Below are positions 25,601 through 36,800 of a stretch of DNA of 64,000 nt, piece after piece. The notes below the pieces were generated by a model that saw nothing but the letters and a program-made list of their open reading frames with translations, was not told where the DNA came from and ran no database searches. Location of the stretch: contig JAQGDQ010000744.1 in the NCBI GenBank assembly GCA_030141605.1, positions 1 through 64,000 on the forward strand. Direction: 5' to 3'. This DNA is from Tubiluchus corallicola. Its lineage: Eukaryota > Animalia > Priapulida. The position numbers were made by a program, and so were the translations under genes. How positions within the stretch are numbered: the stretch's first letter is position 1; the number at the start of each line of letters is the position of its first letter.

Positions 25601-28600
25601 ACAATTATGAGCACTGGATGCGCATTCGTCTATGTCTATTGTGACGCAACAAACAAAATATCATTTCAACATAAATTTGTTATTTGCAACGGTACAGCAC
25701 AGTCCTATTCAGTATTCATAGATGTTATACATCACAGTTATGGTCACGGTCAAGAAAACGGTTGGCCTTTCATCTCTGTCTGATGCAAATAAATACAATA
25801 TCAGATTAACAGTGCATGTAACCAAAAAAGTGAAATATTCAATTGAAATGTTCAAAAGTTTTGATTAGTGGTTGATCATTTGGCCAGTCATGTCGTCATA
25901 GTTGTAGAGTCTATTCGCTATCCAACCAAAAATAGCCAGTCTGCGAGATAACTTCGACTCTATATCATTGTACGTAACTCAAAGGTAAACATTTTAAAAT
26001 GCAAAAATCCAGAAAAATAATCGCATAACTTCTTAGCTGAATGACACTTCGTCTGGTACTTTGTTTTCAAATTAGTACTTATAAGTTTTCTTGTCAAGTT
26101 GGTTGGCAAATCTTTTAGTAATTTGTCAGTCAATCAAGCCTGGGTATAAACTGGGTATATACATCAAAAGCTACTACGTAACAGTCTTAAGATGGCATCT
26201 AGTGAATTTCTACCTTCGATTTCTCCACCTCCACTCCCATAGTAACTGTCGTTGCTTTTGCATGTAAAACTGCCTTTGGTATTTTTGCAAATATCACCTT
26301 CTGCATCACAGTTGTGAGCACCGGTTTCACATTCATTTACATCTGTTGACAAAATAGTCAATCAATGATTACTGCATATCTTTATCACTTAGAGACTTCC
26401 AGACACTTTAACATCATGGGCTTATTTTTTTGATCAGATACAAATTGATGAATCCCTAAAGCTTGGTCATGTAGCTGATATTGTTACATTTATCTCTGAA
26501 AACTGTCACAGGCCATGGTTTTCTTTTGACAGAAATTTATCATGAAGATACTACAGACCATAGAGCAAGTAGGACATGACAGATTCAAAGATGTTAGTAC
26601 TTTTGTTCAAGTTTTTTAACCCATAGATGCATTTTTGTAATCTAAAATTAGCAAGCAGTCATTTGCACTTATTCTGCAATCACTACATTTTCAGCTTCAC
26701 CACCATTTGTTAAACTGGGGTGAGAATAGCTGGTTGGTCACAGTGTATGCTCAGAAAACCAAGTTAACCAAGGACAAACGATGCCAGTAAATGCATTTAG
26801 GCAAATCCAGAAAAATAATCGCATAACTCTTTGCCTCGAGGATATTTTGTCTGGTACATCGTTTTACGATTATAGCTGATAAATTCTGATGGCAAGTTGG
26901 ATACATGTCAAATAGCTTAGTTAACAAACCTGGATGCAATCTGGCTACATATGTCAAAAGTATTACAAGATGATCTTGAGGTGGCACATTATGAATTTCT
27001 ACTTTCAATTTCTCCACTTCCATAGAAACTCTAGTCACTTTCACACGTAAAACTGCCGTCAGCATTTTCACAAATGCCACCATTTGCCCAACGGTTGTGA
27101 GTACTGATTTCACATTCATTAATATGTGTTAGGAAGTTTATCGGTTGATCAATAGACTGTATCTTTGTCACTCCATATTTTTTACGCCTTAACATCGTGG
27201 GCTCATTTTTCTACAACTTACTATAGCGTAACTTGTTTAGATATTATCAGTTTTGCTATGATAGACAACATGGCTGTTTTGATGCTTAAACTTATCTGCA
27301 TACGCACAGTAACAGATAAAATGTGTCAACCAGAACATCAATTGTAACTTACTGAGACAGTGAAACTGAATGTCAGCACAGCTGCCATTAAAATAATTCT
27401 TGTAGTTCCCATCCCATACTAACCTGAACACACAGTTCCATCTCCAGCATAACCTTTGTCACATTTACAAGTGAAACTGCCGTCAGTGTTTTGACAAGAT
27501 CCATGTTCTGCATCACATTTATGAGTTCTAAGTGCACATTCATCCACATCTAAAATACATTGACAAACAAAAACTAGAAAAGCATCGAAATGTCACCAAA
27601 TATTTCTGTGCAATTGAAATTAAATTTAAACACTCATGCCTATTTGTTATTTAGATATTTCTAGCTATTAAATTTACAGCCATAATGATATGGTATTATA
27701 TAAAACTCGGATTTTTATTACGTTTTTTTTGACTGAAATTTATCATGAAGATACTACAGACCATAGAGCAAGTAGGACATGACAGATTCAAAGATGTTAG
27801 TACTTTCGTTCAAGTTTTCTAACCCGTAGATGCATTTTTCTAATCTAAAATTTGGAAGCACGTCATTTGCACTTATTCTGCAATCACTGCACTTTCAGCT
27901 TCACCACCATTTGGTAAACTGAGGTGAGACATAGCTGATAAAGCAGGTATTTCATACGCGTAAAACGCAAATATTTTGAAGGTCTAAGCCCATGGGGTCG
28001 TTACTAATCACGTGCTTTTTTTCACCACAATTTGATTTATGTGTGATTAAAAACCCAATTCCTATCGGGAGTGAACAATGTCGTTGAGTAAATTATACAA
28101 AGCTGACCTTTACAAAGGTAACCTAAAGGTGTTAACAATAAAATAGTAGCTATAAACACAAAACTAGTACACAATTAGGACTTTACAGAAGGACAAAAAT
28201 GTCACAATTATAACTGTAAGAGAAGTCAATAAGTCATCTTATTTTCAAGCCAATGTCATAATTACATTTTATTTTGACTTTCCACAATCCCAACTTAAAC
28301 AGCAGTTTCTGTTGCAGCAGTTAGAATACTATCATATCAGCGTGGGTCTGATATGGGATCAGCTCGGCCAACAGCAATAGGTAAAAATAATCAGTAGCGA
28401 ATCAGAACAAGTTCTCATATTGGCACACCCTGATGCTGTGCAACTGAATGTTACATTCTGGTTTGTAGAGTGCCAAAACGCATAAAAGCAAGGTTTTTCA
28501 CAATGCAATCATTAGATAAATACGAACATTGCTTACCAAAACACATGATTCCATTTCCAGAATAACCACGATCGCATGCACAACTGAAACTACCATCAGT

Positions 28601-30548
28601 GTTTTGGCAAACGCCACGTTGTGCATCACAGTTATGAATGTTTGTTGCACATTCATCTTTGTCTTAAAGCAAATTTAAAACATAAGTTAGCTATTTACAG
28701 TAAAAAATCGATATTTACAAATATTTAGATTTCTAGGAAATTGCAAAACCTGCTTCATATTAAAACCCATCCTAGTAGTGCAACTTATCTGTAACACATC
28801 AACAAATTATTCATTGTTTTCGTATTGATTTCCAACACGTTAAATATAGTACCTTGAAAAGCCAAGCTCATTGTAATAACACTCACCCACACATATGGTA
28901 TCAACTTTCATGTGTTGAACATGGAAAATCGTGAGTACGCAACCAATTTTTAATAACAAATATACCTAGTGAAAAAATATTCTATTAACTGATGAAACAT
29001 TTGTATAAAACTAGCTGACAATGTATGTGACATGGTCAGAAACTCATCATTTTGCAAACAATAGTTACAGAAATGGGTCTTCTAAGGATGCTGGTCTTTT
29101 GTTTGAAATTATAATTTAGATTTTATTGAATTTGCATTGTTGCTTGATTACATAGGAACTTTGCATCACAACGAAATCGCCACTTGCAACTTTTTAACCC
29201 TGACCCATTGGTCAGAGGTCAACCAGTCTCGGCATAACTCATACCATTCAATTTGTCTCTTTGAGACCTTTCATTTGATATGACCTACATTCAGTTGACT
29301 CTGAAGGTATTTGTCTCCTCAACTATTCCCATTGTAACCTATGCTATTCGATCAGCGTCATTGAGACCTTTCATTTGATATGCTACAAGGTATCGTTGCA
29401 CTTCTGTTCCCGGCGCCCATTTTTCGGTTTTTGCCCCCTACCGGAAAATTTTCCTATACACGCATGTCCCATATCTTGTGATGTACAAGGCTATGACACC
29501 ACATAGCAACATACCAAACATTTCGCTCCTAGCTCAAAAACTGTGGGAGTAGATAGATCATAAAGAAAAATAAATGAAGACCCGTCCTCTCTGTGACCTT
29601 TGACCCCACAATTCGGGTTGCAGGTAGACATAGATAACTTTGCCCAGAGATTGTACCCTGTGAATTTTGTGCCGTTAGCCCTCAGCATGTAAAAGGTCAC
29701 AAATTGGGGGACCCCAGATTTTGCATTTTGGCCCCTCCCTTGGGTATTTAAAGCTTCTCAGCTTTTTAACACCTTGGGTGCACATCTATGCCACAGTACC
29801 CAAATACTTGTGAAAAAAATTGGAAAAAACTGAAAGCCTTAGGAGTTATGAGCTAAAGGAAAAACTGACTGACGCCCACTGCCCTTCCCTTTGACCAGCG
29901 GTCAGCAATCAACACACCCTTGTCAGAACCCATCCAGGACTACCCACCCTGTGAGTCTGGTGACCTTAGCAAGCAAGGCTTACGAGTTATTAAGCATTAA
30001 ACGTTGCAGAGAATAAATAATAAATAAATAACTACATGAAAAACAATAAGATTTTGCTAAAGCAAATCTTAATAATAATCATGTGATAAACAGTAAGATT
30101 AAACAGATGAAAAACAGATTGTGTCAGAACACTAGAAGGCTAAAATACCAGATAATTTAATTTAAAGGACTCACTAAATTGCTATACTTGGTTTACCTCT
30201 ATGGACATGATAACTGGAACATTAAAAAAGGAATACTAGTCCTTCCCCAATATTATGCATTTAGAAAGAAACATATTACTATCTATTTTCAGCTTTGTTG
30301 TAATGCTGGTAATTTACGAAAACTTGTTGGTATTACCATTTTGATGAGTATAATGCTCCTAACACAACATGCTGAGTAGACATTGCCATAGTAACCATAA
30401 TAGGAAAGTCGATTTTTATTGGTCGATCTTATTTCCCAGAAAGAACACCTACTGTTGATTAATTTTTCATGCATACATGCCACTTTTCTTGACAGTCATT
30501 TTTTTATCATTAGCAAAATAGCAAATACAGTATTCAGAAACTTACCAT
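19460..30548 (-). CDS. Gene B1: secreted calcium-binding EGF array protein with an acidic Tyr-rich C-terminal repeat
   Basis: ATG is the last codon of exon 30623-30546 (ATG|gtaag). Signal-like exon 28965-28887 ([16 protein letters not shown]...). Intact 126-nt cbEGF exons at 28662-28537, 27549-27424, 25635-25510, 25390-25265, 23654-23529 and 23409-23284 (DxDEC..CxNTDGSFxC). Possible 4-Cys exons 26342-26214 and 24364-24236. Phase-1 terminal exon 19626-19460. Confidence 0.65.
20024..21462. mobile_element. Possible piggyBac-like element
   Basis: Ends CCCCTTCACCGCC ... GGTGGTTAAGGAG with ctaa/ttaa flanks. Confidence 0.4.
22054..22182 (-). pseudogene. cbEGF exon (type a) with lost acceptor
   Basis: Acceptor reads CAC where the 24364 and 26342 copies have CAG. 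Confidence 0.75.
22863..22985 (-). pseudogene. Dead cbEGF exon (type d)
   Basis: In-frame TAG and Cys2 changed to Arg, the same lesions as the 27003-27125 copy. Confidence 0.85.
25065..25187 (-). pseudogene. Degenerate cbEGF exon (type d), open but only 3 Cys
   Basis: [41 protein letters not shown]; splice dinucleotides intact, Cys3, Cys5 and Cys6 lost. Confidence 0.6.
27003..27125 (-). pseudogene. Dead cbEGF exon (type d)
   Basis: Acceptor mutated to CAC, in-frame TAG, Cys2 changed to Arg. Confidence 0.85.
29170..30080. mobile_element. Interspersed repeat, possibly Helentron-like non-autonomous
   Basis: Higher-GC block with TGACCTTTGACC motifs, ending in the hairpin AAGATTTTGC-TAAA-GCAAATCTT and (AAT)n. 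Confidence 0.4.
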
Positions 30549-30586
30549 TCTGACAAGTGCTTGAACTTGAACTTCAAAAGAACAAA

Positions 30587-30616
30587 CTAAATTACTGCAC
30601 CTTCTGCAAAGGACAT
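30587..30616 (-). promoter_or_regulatory. Short upstream ORF (MSFAEGAVI-stop) in the gene B1 5' UTR exon
   Basis: ATG at 30616 and TAG at 30589-30587, inside exon 30623-30546 and upstream of the main ATG. A further strong donor (GAG|gtgagt) at 30953 suggests another UTR exon. Confidence 0.45.
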
Positions 30617-33522
30617 GATGCAGCTGAAAAAAAAATTAAAATTAAAGAAGCAAATGGCTGCTGCCACCAATACCACTGACACCACCTTCACCACCACCAT
30701 CATTATCTCATGCTTATTGCTTCCATCAAAGTAAAACCGTTATTTTGTCAATATAACTACAACCGAATTGTCATTTTCATCAACATCCTCATTATCATCA
30801 CGGCTGTCATCGCTCCATCATTGCTAATACAGTCTAGACTCTAGTTATCATCGTTATCATTATCAACCTAATCGTCACTGTGTCCTAACATAATCAAACT
30901 TAACCAACATTATCACTTAAAAATAAAAGAAAATTTCTACACTTGAACTCACCTCAATTTGAAGCATTTGTAACTGCAAGAAAATACCTGTAATGCTGCT
31001 AGGAACTTGTGAATTTTTGCATTTGACGGTGCAGGCAAGCTGATGAAAATTCAATTCAGCACTATAACCATGACAGAAATAAGAATTGCATTGTATTACG
31101 CTAGCTAACTAGCATTATTAATTTAAAACACATGGAATAATTATTGTGAAAGGAACAATACTTCAACAAAACATAAGCACAACAGTTGTCCCGTTGCTTA
31201 GCGCATCCCATACAACACGTTTCCATGCTCCGCCATATGGAATAGACTTGACTTCTGCTGCTGTGAAGAGTTGTGGACAATAAGTGATATAGAAAGCTAC
31301 AAATGTAGCTACAAATAGACAATTTTATTAAAACTTAATTATTAATTTAAATGGAAACTCTGTATTGTAGTGGCAGAGTTCCTCTTGCATTTTTTGTAGG
31401 AATTGCCATTTGTTGCAAGCTGCTGCCATCTAGTGTTAGTTTTGTAAAATTTATGTTAGCTGACTTACATGTATTATACTTGTATGGTCCAGTGGTGGCA
31501 TACCTGCTTATCCTCTACTACTTTTGTAATAATGAAAGTGTACATAGTTCTGGGTTATTGCCTCTAATTCTGGTTGCAACTGGTTTATCGCTAAGTTATT
31601 CTAATGTGAAAAATTGCAGTAGTTTAATCTTACATTTCTCTGTTAAAATAAACAGTTTTTTGTTGGGTGAAATGCAAAGACATTGTTGGTGTTGTCTGGT
31701 TCATTTCCATGGCTTTTTGTGCTTTTAACCTTAAGCATAAAGTAACTAAAGTATAACATTTACTGCACAGTGATGTGCAGTCATCTGTTATGCACGTCTG
31801 CAATACAACTACTGTGATCCATGTTACTATAAGGGCTAATAATAAAGCACTATACAACACGGAAGGTCAACTTTGAGTAGGCTCTGCCTTTTGAGTGTCT
31901 TCAAGCATGCAGTGTGCCAAATTGTAAAAGAAGAAAAAAATGTGCACTACACTGCAACTACAAGATATTTCTAAACTGAATCTCATTCTAAAGTGCATCT
32001 CAGAAAGTACAACATTGTGCAAAATATCACAAATAAGGCAAAAAGAATGGATAATTAGCGAAGTACCCATCCTGCTATAATTTTTCAACATTAGCAGCAG
32101 GCCCTCCCATTGAGTCATCCTGGCTTGTAGCAAACAGTGCTGTATAAAAATTCCAATTTCTATGGAATTTTCATTTTTTGGTTCTATAAAGCAGTTTCTG
32201 GGAATGAAAGACTAGCTGTACAGCACCAAAAACTTTGCCAAGAATGCAACAGAAAATTATTATTTATTGTTCAGTCGAAAAAACCCATTACAATTACGTA
32301 CAACATATGTACTGTAATAGAAATTACAATCAAGGAAGTGCACTACAGTAAATATATAAGTGCTTTCACACGGGCTAAAAGTTAGGACGTGAAAAGCCGA
32401 ACTGCAATACATAGCGAGTTGCTAGCACAGAGTAAAGCAAACGCGCACTGCTAGGCTTAAAGGTGATTTCTGTGACTATCAATATATTAAAGTGAACACT
32501 ATTGTGCAGCCCATAAATTGCAGAGCTTTAACAGAGCAATGACAGAGTTATGTGAGAAAAGCTTTGTCATGTTTATACATATGACTTTTATTTCTTTTAT
32601 GCAGAAAGATTTTCAATGCATGTAGTTTTCAGATTCTTAGATATTGTGAGAAAACGTTAAAAGGAAAAACCCATACAAAACATAGTATCAAAAGCCAAAT
32701 TTTATTATGCAATAGGTATTAATGCATTTCCTACAAGCGCATTCTCTATAAACAAAAATGCATCCAAATTCACTGATATCGTAATAACTTCATCATTGAT
32801 AATTATTCCAAAACAATTATTGTTTAACATGTAAGAGCATTATGGCTTCAATTGTGCCAACACTCCCCTCTGTCACATTGATTACATCCTACTTGTGACG
32901 AAGGCGTCACTACTTAACTGTTAGCCTCTGCCCAATCTGGGCTTGCCTGTTGTAAGCCAGCTGTAACATTACCACCTTTAGCTGATGAGTCTGTTGCTAT
33001 GAAACTTCTTTAATGCCTAAATTTTGCCTAAATCTGGGCAGTTTTGGTGTTTCCTGTTAGTGACTTTACAAACGTTATAAACAACATCCAGTTGGCATGA
33101 TTCTGCAAACATTTCTAAATTAATGTCTCTCTGTGACCACATTATGCATATGCAGCAATCTAGCTAAGATCTAAAACACGAAGTCAACAAGAGCCTGGAG
33201 AAATAAGATCAAAGATATTCTCAAAGACTGGACTCAACAGGATTCCCAAACATAGTAATCACTGCTACTGTCGCAGACTAAAGGAGACACTCATTAGGAA
33301 TCCCAACAAAATCTTTATGAACAATGGTTACGATTCTAAGAGCCACCAGTCACTTCAGATTTCGATGACATGGTTTACTTGAATTCTCAAAGACTGCAAT
33401 CATTAACATTCTTTAAAGCTTTTAAAACTTCAAAATTTTCACCTCAAATGGCATCAAAATCTTCAACCGTTAAAATTACAATTCACATTTTGAGTATGAA
33501 GATTAAATTATTTTAAATTAAT

Positions 33523-33824
33523 TCAATACATTTTCATTCTACACAAACATCTACATACACAGATGCAAACTGCGACAAGTATGATAACAGCCAGGACAAC
33601 AGCAACCAACATACCAATTATGTACTGCTGTTTCTCAAACAAAATGCTCCAGAAATTTTTCTCCAAAGGAGCAGCACACACCATCATATCTAACTCCGAC
33701 TGCGGACAGCATTTCTCTAACCCCGGACAATCAATGTCCGTGTTGCACGGCTGATTCACAGCCTTCTTTCCAAGCACATCGGTCAAGTCATCCGTGCATT
33801 CTCCATACTTGACTTCGCATTTTG
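33523..33824 (-). CDS. Gene A terminal exon: WAP-like domain, transmembrane helix, short Cys-rich tail
   Basis: [26 protein letters not shown] followed by [33 protein letters not shown]-stop; acceptor tttgttgcag. Confidence 0.85.
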
Positions 33825-36800
33825 CTGCAACAAAAACAAAAGCAAATCAATATGCAGGTGGCGCTATGCTCTTGCTTTCCACAGTTCATATATAAATGGC
33901 TTCTTGGTGTATTTTTAATTTAACAGTTTAAAGGTGCAAATTTACACTAACAGGGCAAGCTTTTGCTTAATGATGGCAATGTCATGCAGCCAAAACTCAA
34001 TGTTAAACGAGTCCCTCTGTCTACAGGAAATACTGTAATCTTTAAACTATTGCTTATAGTACAGAGTGACATGTCTCAAAATGCCGAAATCTAATGTGAA
34101 GCAAAGGTTTTCAGTTCAGTATGTTTGCATTTTTTCTCGCCTGTTTTACAATAGTCGCTTATGCTTTTTCGCTTAAAAGGAAATAGATGTGTTGAAAAGC
34201 GGTGAGATCTGTCAATGTACATCTTTACACAGAAAAAACTGACTTACTGTACCAGTCCATTATGTAGCAATGTTACATGCAGGCAGATGTTTGGAGCAGG
34301 AAGATTCAGCACAGGCAAGGTTGCCATCTAGCATAATTACAATGAAACAGTAACATTTATACAGGGTGGTGTAAAAATGTAGCATGCCCGCCTCCCAACT
34401 GGAAGGTCACGGGTCAACTCTCGACAGAGTCATACCAAAGACTCCGACCAAGATCATCGACCAAGCACGAGGGGTTTCGCAAAATAACATGCGGGTAGTA
34501 ATAATCGGAATCATCTTGGATATAAGTATTGAGATACTTAAGGTGTTATCCCTTAAACGAAGTTATTATATTACTGACAAGCACGAGGTGACCACACAAC
34601 AAATGAAATTTTTTGTGCTTTAAGCAATGTCAGAAATTCATTGCTAAAAAGGAAGCACCCGTGGCCAAGTGAGAAAATGAATGTAACTAACTTATCGAAA
34701 TAATATGCAGGTAATACATATTGATGTGTTATCCCTGGATTCATCCTAAATAAAATTATGACTGTTATCATTACCATTAGGGACTGATAGCCACAACCAG
34801 ATGAGATGACGCTTATTAAATTTTTATGACTGTAGTTTTTGTTAGATCTCTGCATCTTCACGCTTGTTCGTAATTTCTTTTAGGCTCAGTGAACTTGCAA
34901 ATTGATGTATTTTACATTACGTGTACGGTGCAACTGAAAACTCTGCTTTTTGGGCACCAAAAACATTTTATAGCAATGTAATGTACATATAATGTATGAT
35001 CACTGACTGCACAAGCTGTCAGACATACTAAATAAAGAATAATAAATAAAACGGGTTGTGAAGGATTTTAGGTTTTTTGCTTTAGAGTTCAGTTATTCTT
35101 AGGCCTCCCATACTCTCTTATTTTCAAATTGTATTCAACGTAGGTCACACAACTTGGCTTCTTTATGTTATGGCTTTGTGACCAAGTACAAGTTTGCCTG
35201 GTCATTTGACAGCCTGTTCTTGACAAAGAAAGTTGTCAAAGTTTACTAAGCAAAACCATTTGTTGAGCAAGAGTGCTAGTAGACCATGGTGGAATGAATT
35301 TCTTTGTAACTCAGTGTGACATTATCACTAATTGTTTGGTTTCTTGTTTTAAGCTGATATTATATTTTGCTACATCTTATGATTTTGTTGCAGGTAAAAC
35401 GTAATGAAGCTACTCCTGAACCCCTGACATGATGTTTTGGCTTTGGGCATCACGAAGCAGCAGCCTCTCACGCTAGCATTGTTTGCAATATAAACCTGCA
35501 CAGACAGAACACCAAAAACAGTTAAAAAATAAATAAATAATGCATTCTCTCAAGAAATAATAAAGTTTGAAAGGAGCTATATATTAAGCTTGAAAAAGTA
35601 AAAATGTGTAAAAAACAGTAACAAAAACACTTACCCCCAGTAAGCCCCTGAGGACAAATACAGCCAAAAGGGAATTTCACACAAATTCCTCCTCCATAGC
35701 AAGGATTTGGATTACACACATCGACTATCGATTTTGTTTTTTCACAATCTTTACCAGTATATCTGGGTGTGCAGATGCATTCGTAACCTCGTCCACTTAC
35801 AACACACGTGCCTCCATTCTGACATGGATTAAGCGAACACAGATCAGTTATTCCGCAGTTTTCTCCTGAATACCCCAACGGACAAACACACTCGTAACTT
35901 TGTCCACGAGGAACACACGTGCCTCCATTCTGACATGGATTAAGCGAACACAGATCAATTATTCCGCAGTTTTCTCCTGCGTACCCCAGCGGACAAACAC
36001 ACTCGTAAGTTTGTCCACGAGGAACACACGTGCCTCCATTCTGACATGGATTCAGCGAACACAGATCAGTTATTCCGCAGTTTTCTCCTGAATACCCCAA
36101 CGGACAAACACACTCGTAACTTTGTCCACGTGAAACACATGTGCCATCATTCAAACAAGGATTAGGAAAACAGGAAACAGAGAGTTCGCAATTCTTTCCT
36201 GTGTAGCCAGAATCACAGATGCAAAAATAACTGACCGAGTCTTCTTGGCACGTTGCCTTATTCTGACATGGAGCAGAATGGCAAAGTCGCTTTCGTTCAC
36301 AGCTGTAACCATGAAATGCTGGCGGACAACTGCATTCATAGCGATTGATAAGGTCGGTGCAAGTGCCTCCATTCTGACATGGTGAACTACCGCACTCATC
36401 AATTTCTGAAAGACATCAGGTGCAAACAGTTTGATGAATTATCTAAAAATTTGGAGCGAAAGCACTTTAATTCCTTCGGGACCGAACCACTCAAAATAAG
36501 TCTCATAAGACTTATGACTTTTCTGCTACTGTACAATCACACAAACCTAGCAAAATGATTACAAATCAGGTACTGTTCTACTCAGGAGCATCTCGGCTAT
36601 AGTGTAAGCCATAGCCAAAATCAGAGAACCATAGATAACGATTTTCAACAAAAATCGATTTTTAACTTGTCTAAGGTAAGCAAATGCAATTCATATATAA
36701 TTTCCCATGAAAGCCCAATGTGTGCGGAGTAAAAACCTGCAAAAATTATCAAATATAATGTAATCACTGCTTAGTGAGAGGAGTTTTTCATAAACCTATG

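Larger units (their letters stand above)
21820..27935. repeat. About three tandem copies of a ~2.0-2.2 kb, four-exon unit
   Basis: Introns and exon types a, b, c, d recur, for example type a at 26342, 24364, 22182 and type c at 27549, 25390, 23409. Confidence 0.92.

Noticed and set aside
34364-34442. tRNA gene
   Set aside because: No complete cloverleaf or intact B box; treated as a SINE remnant.
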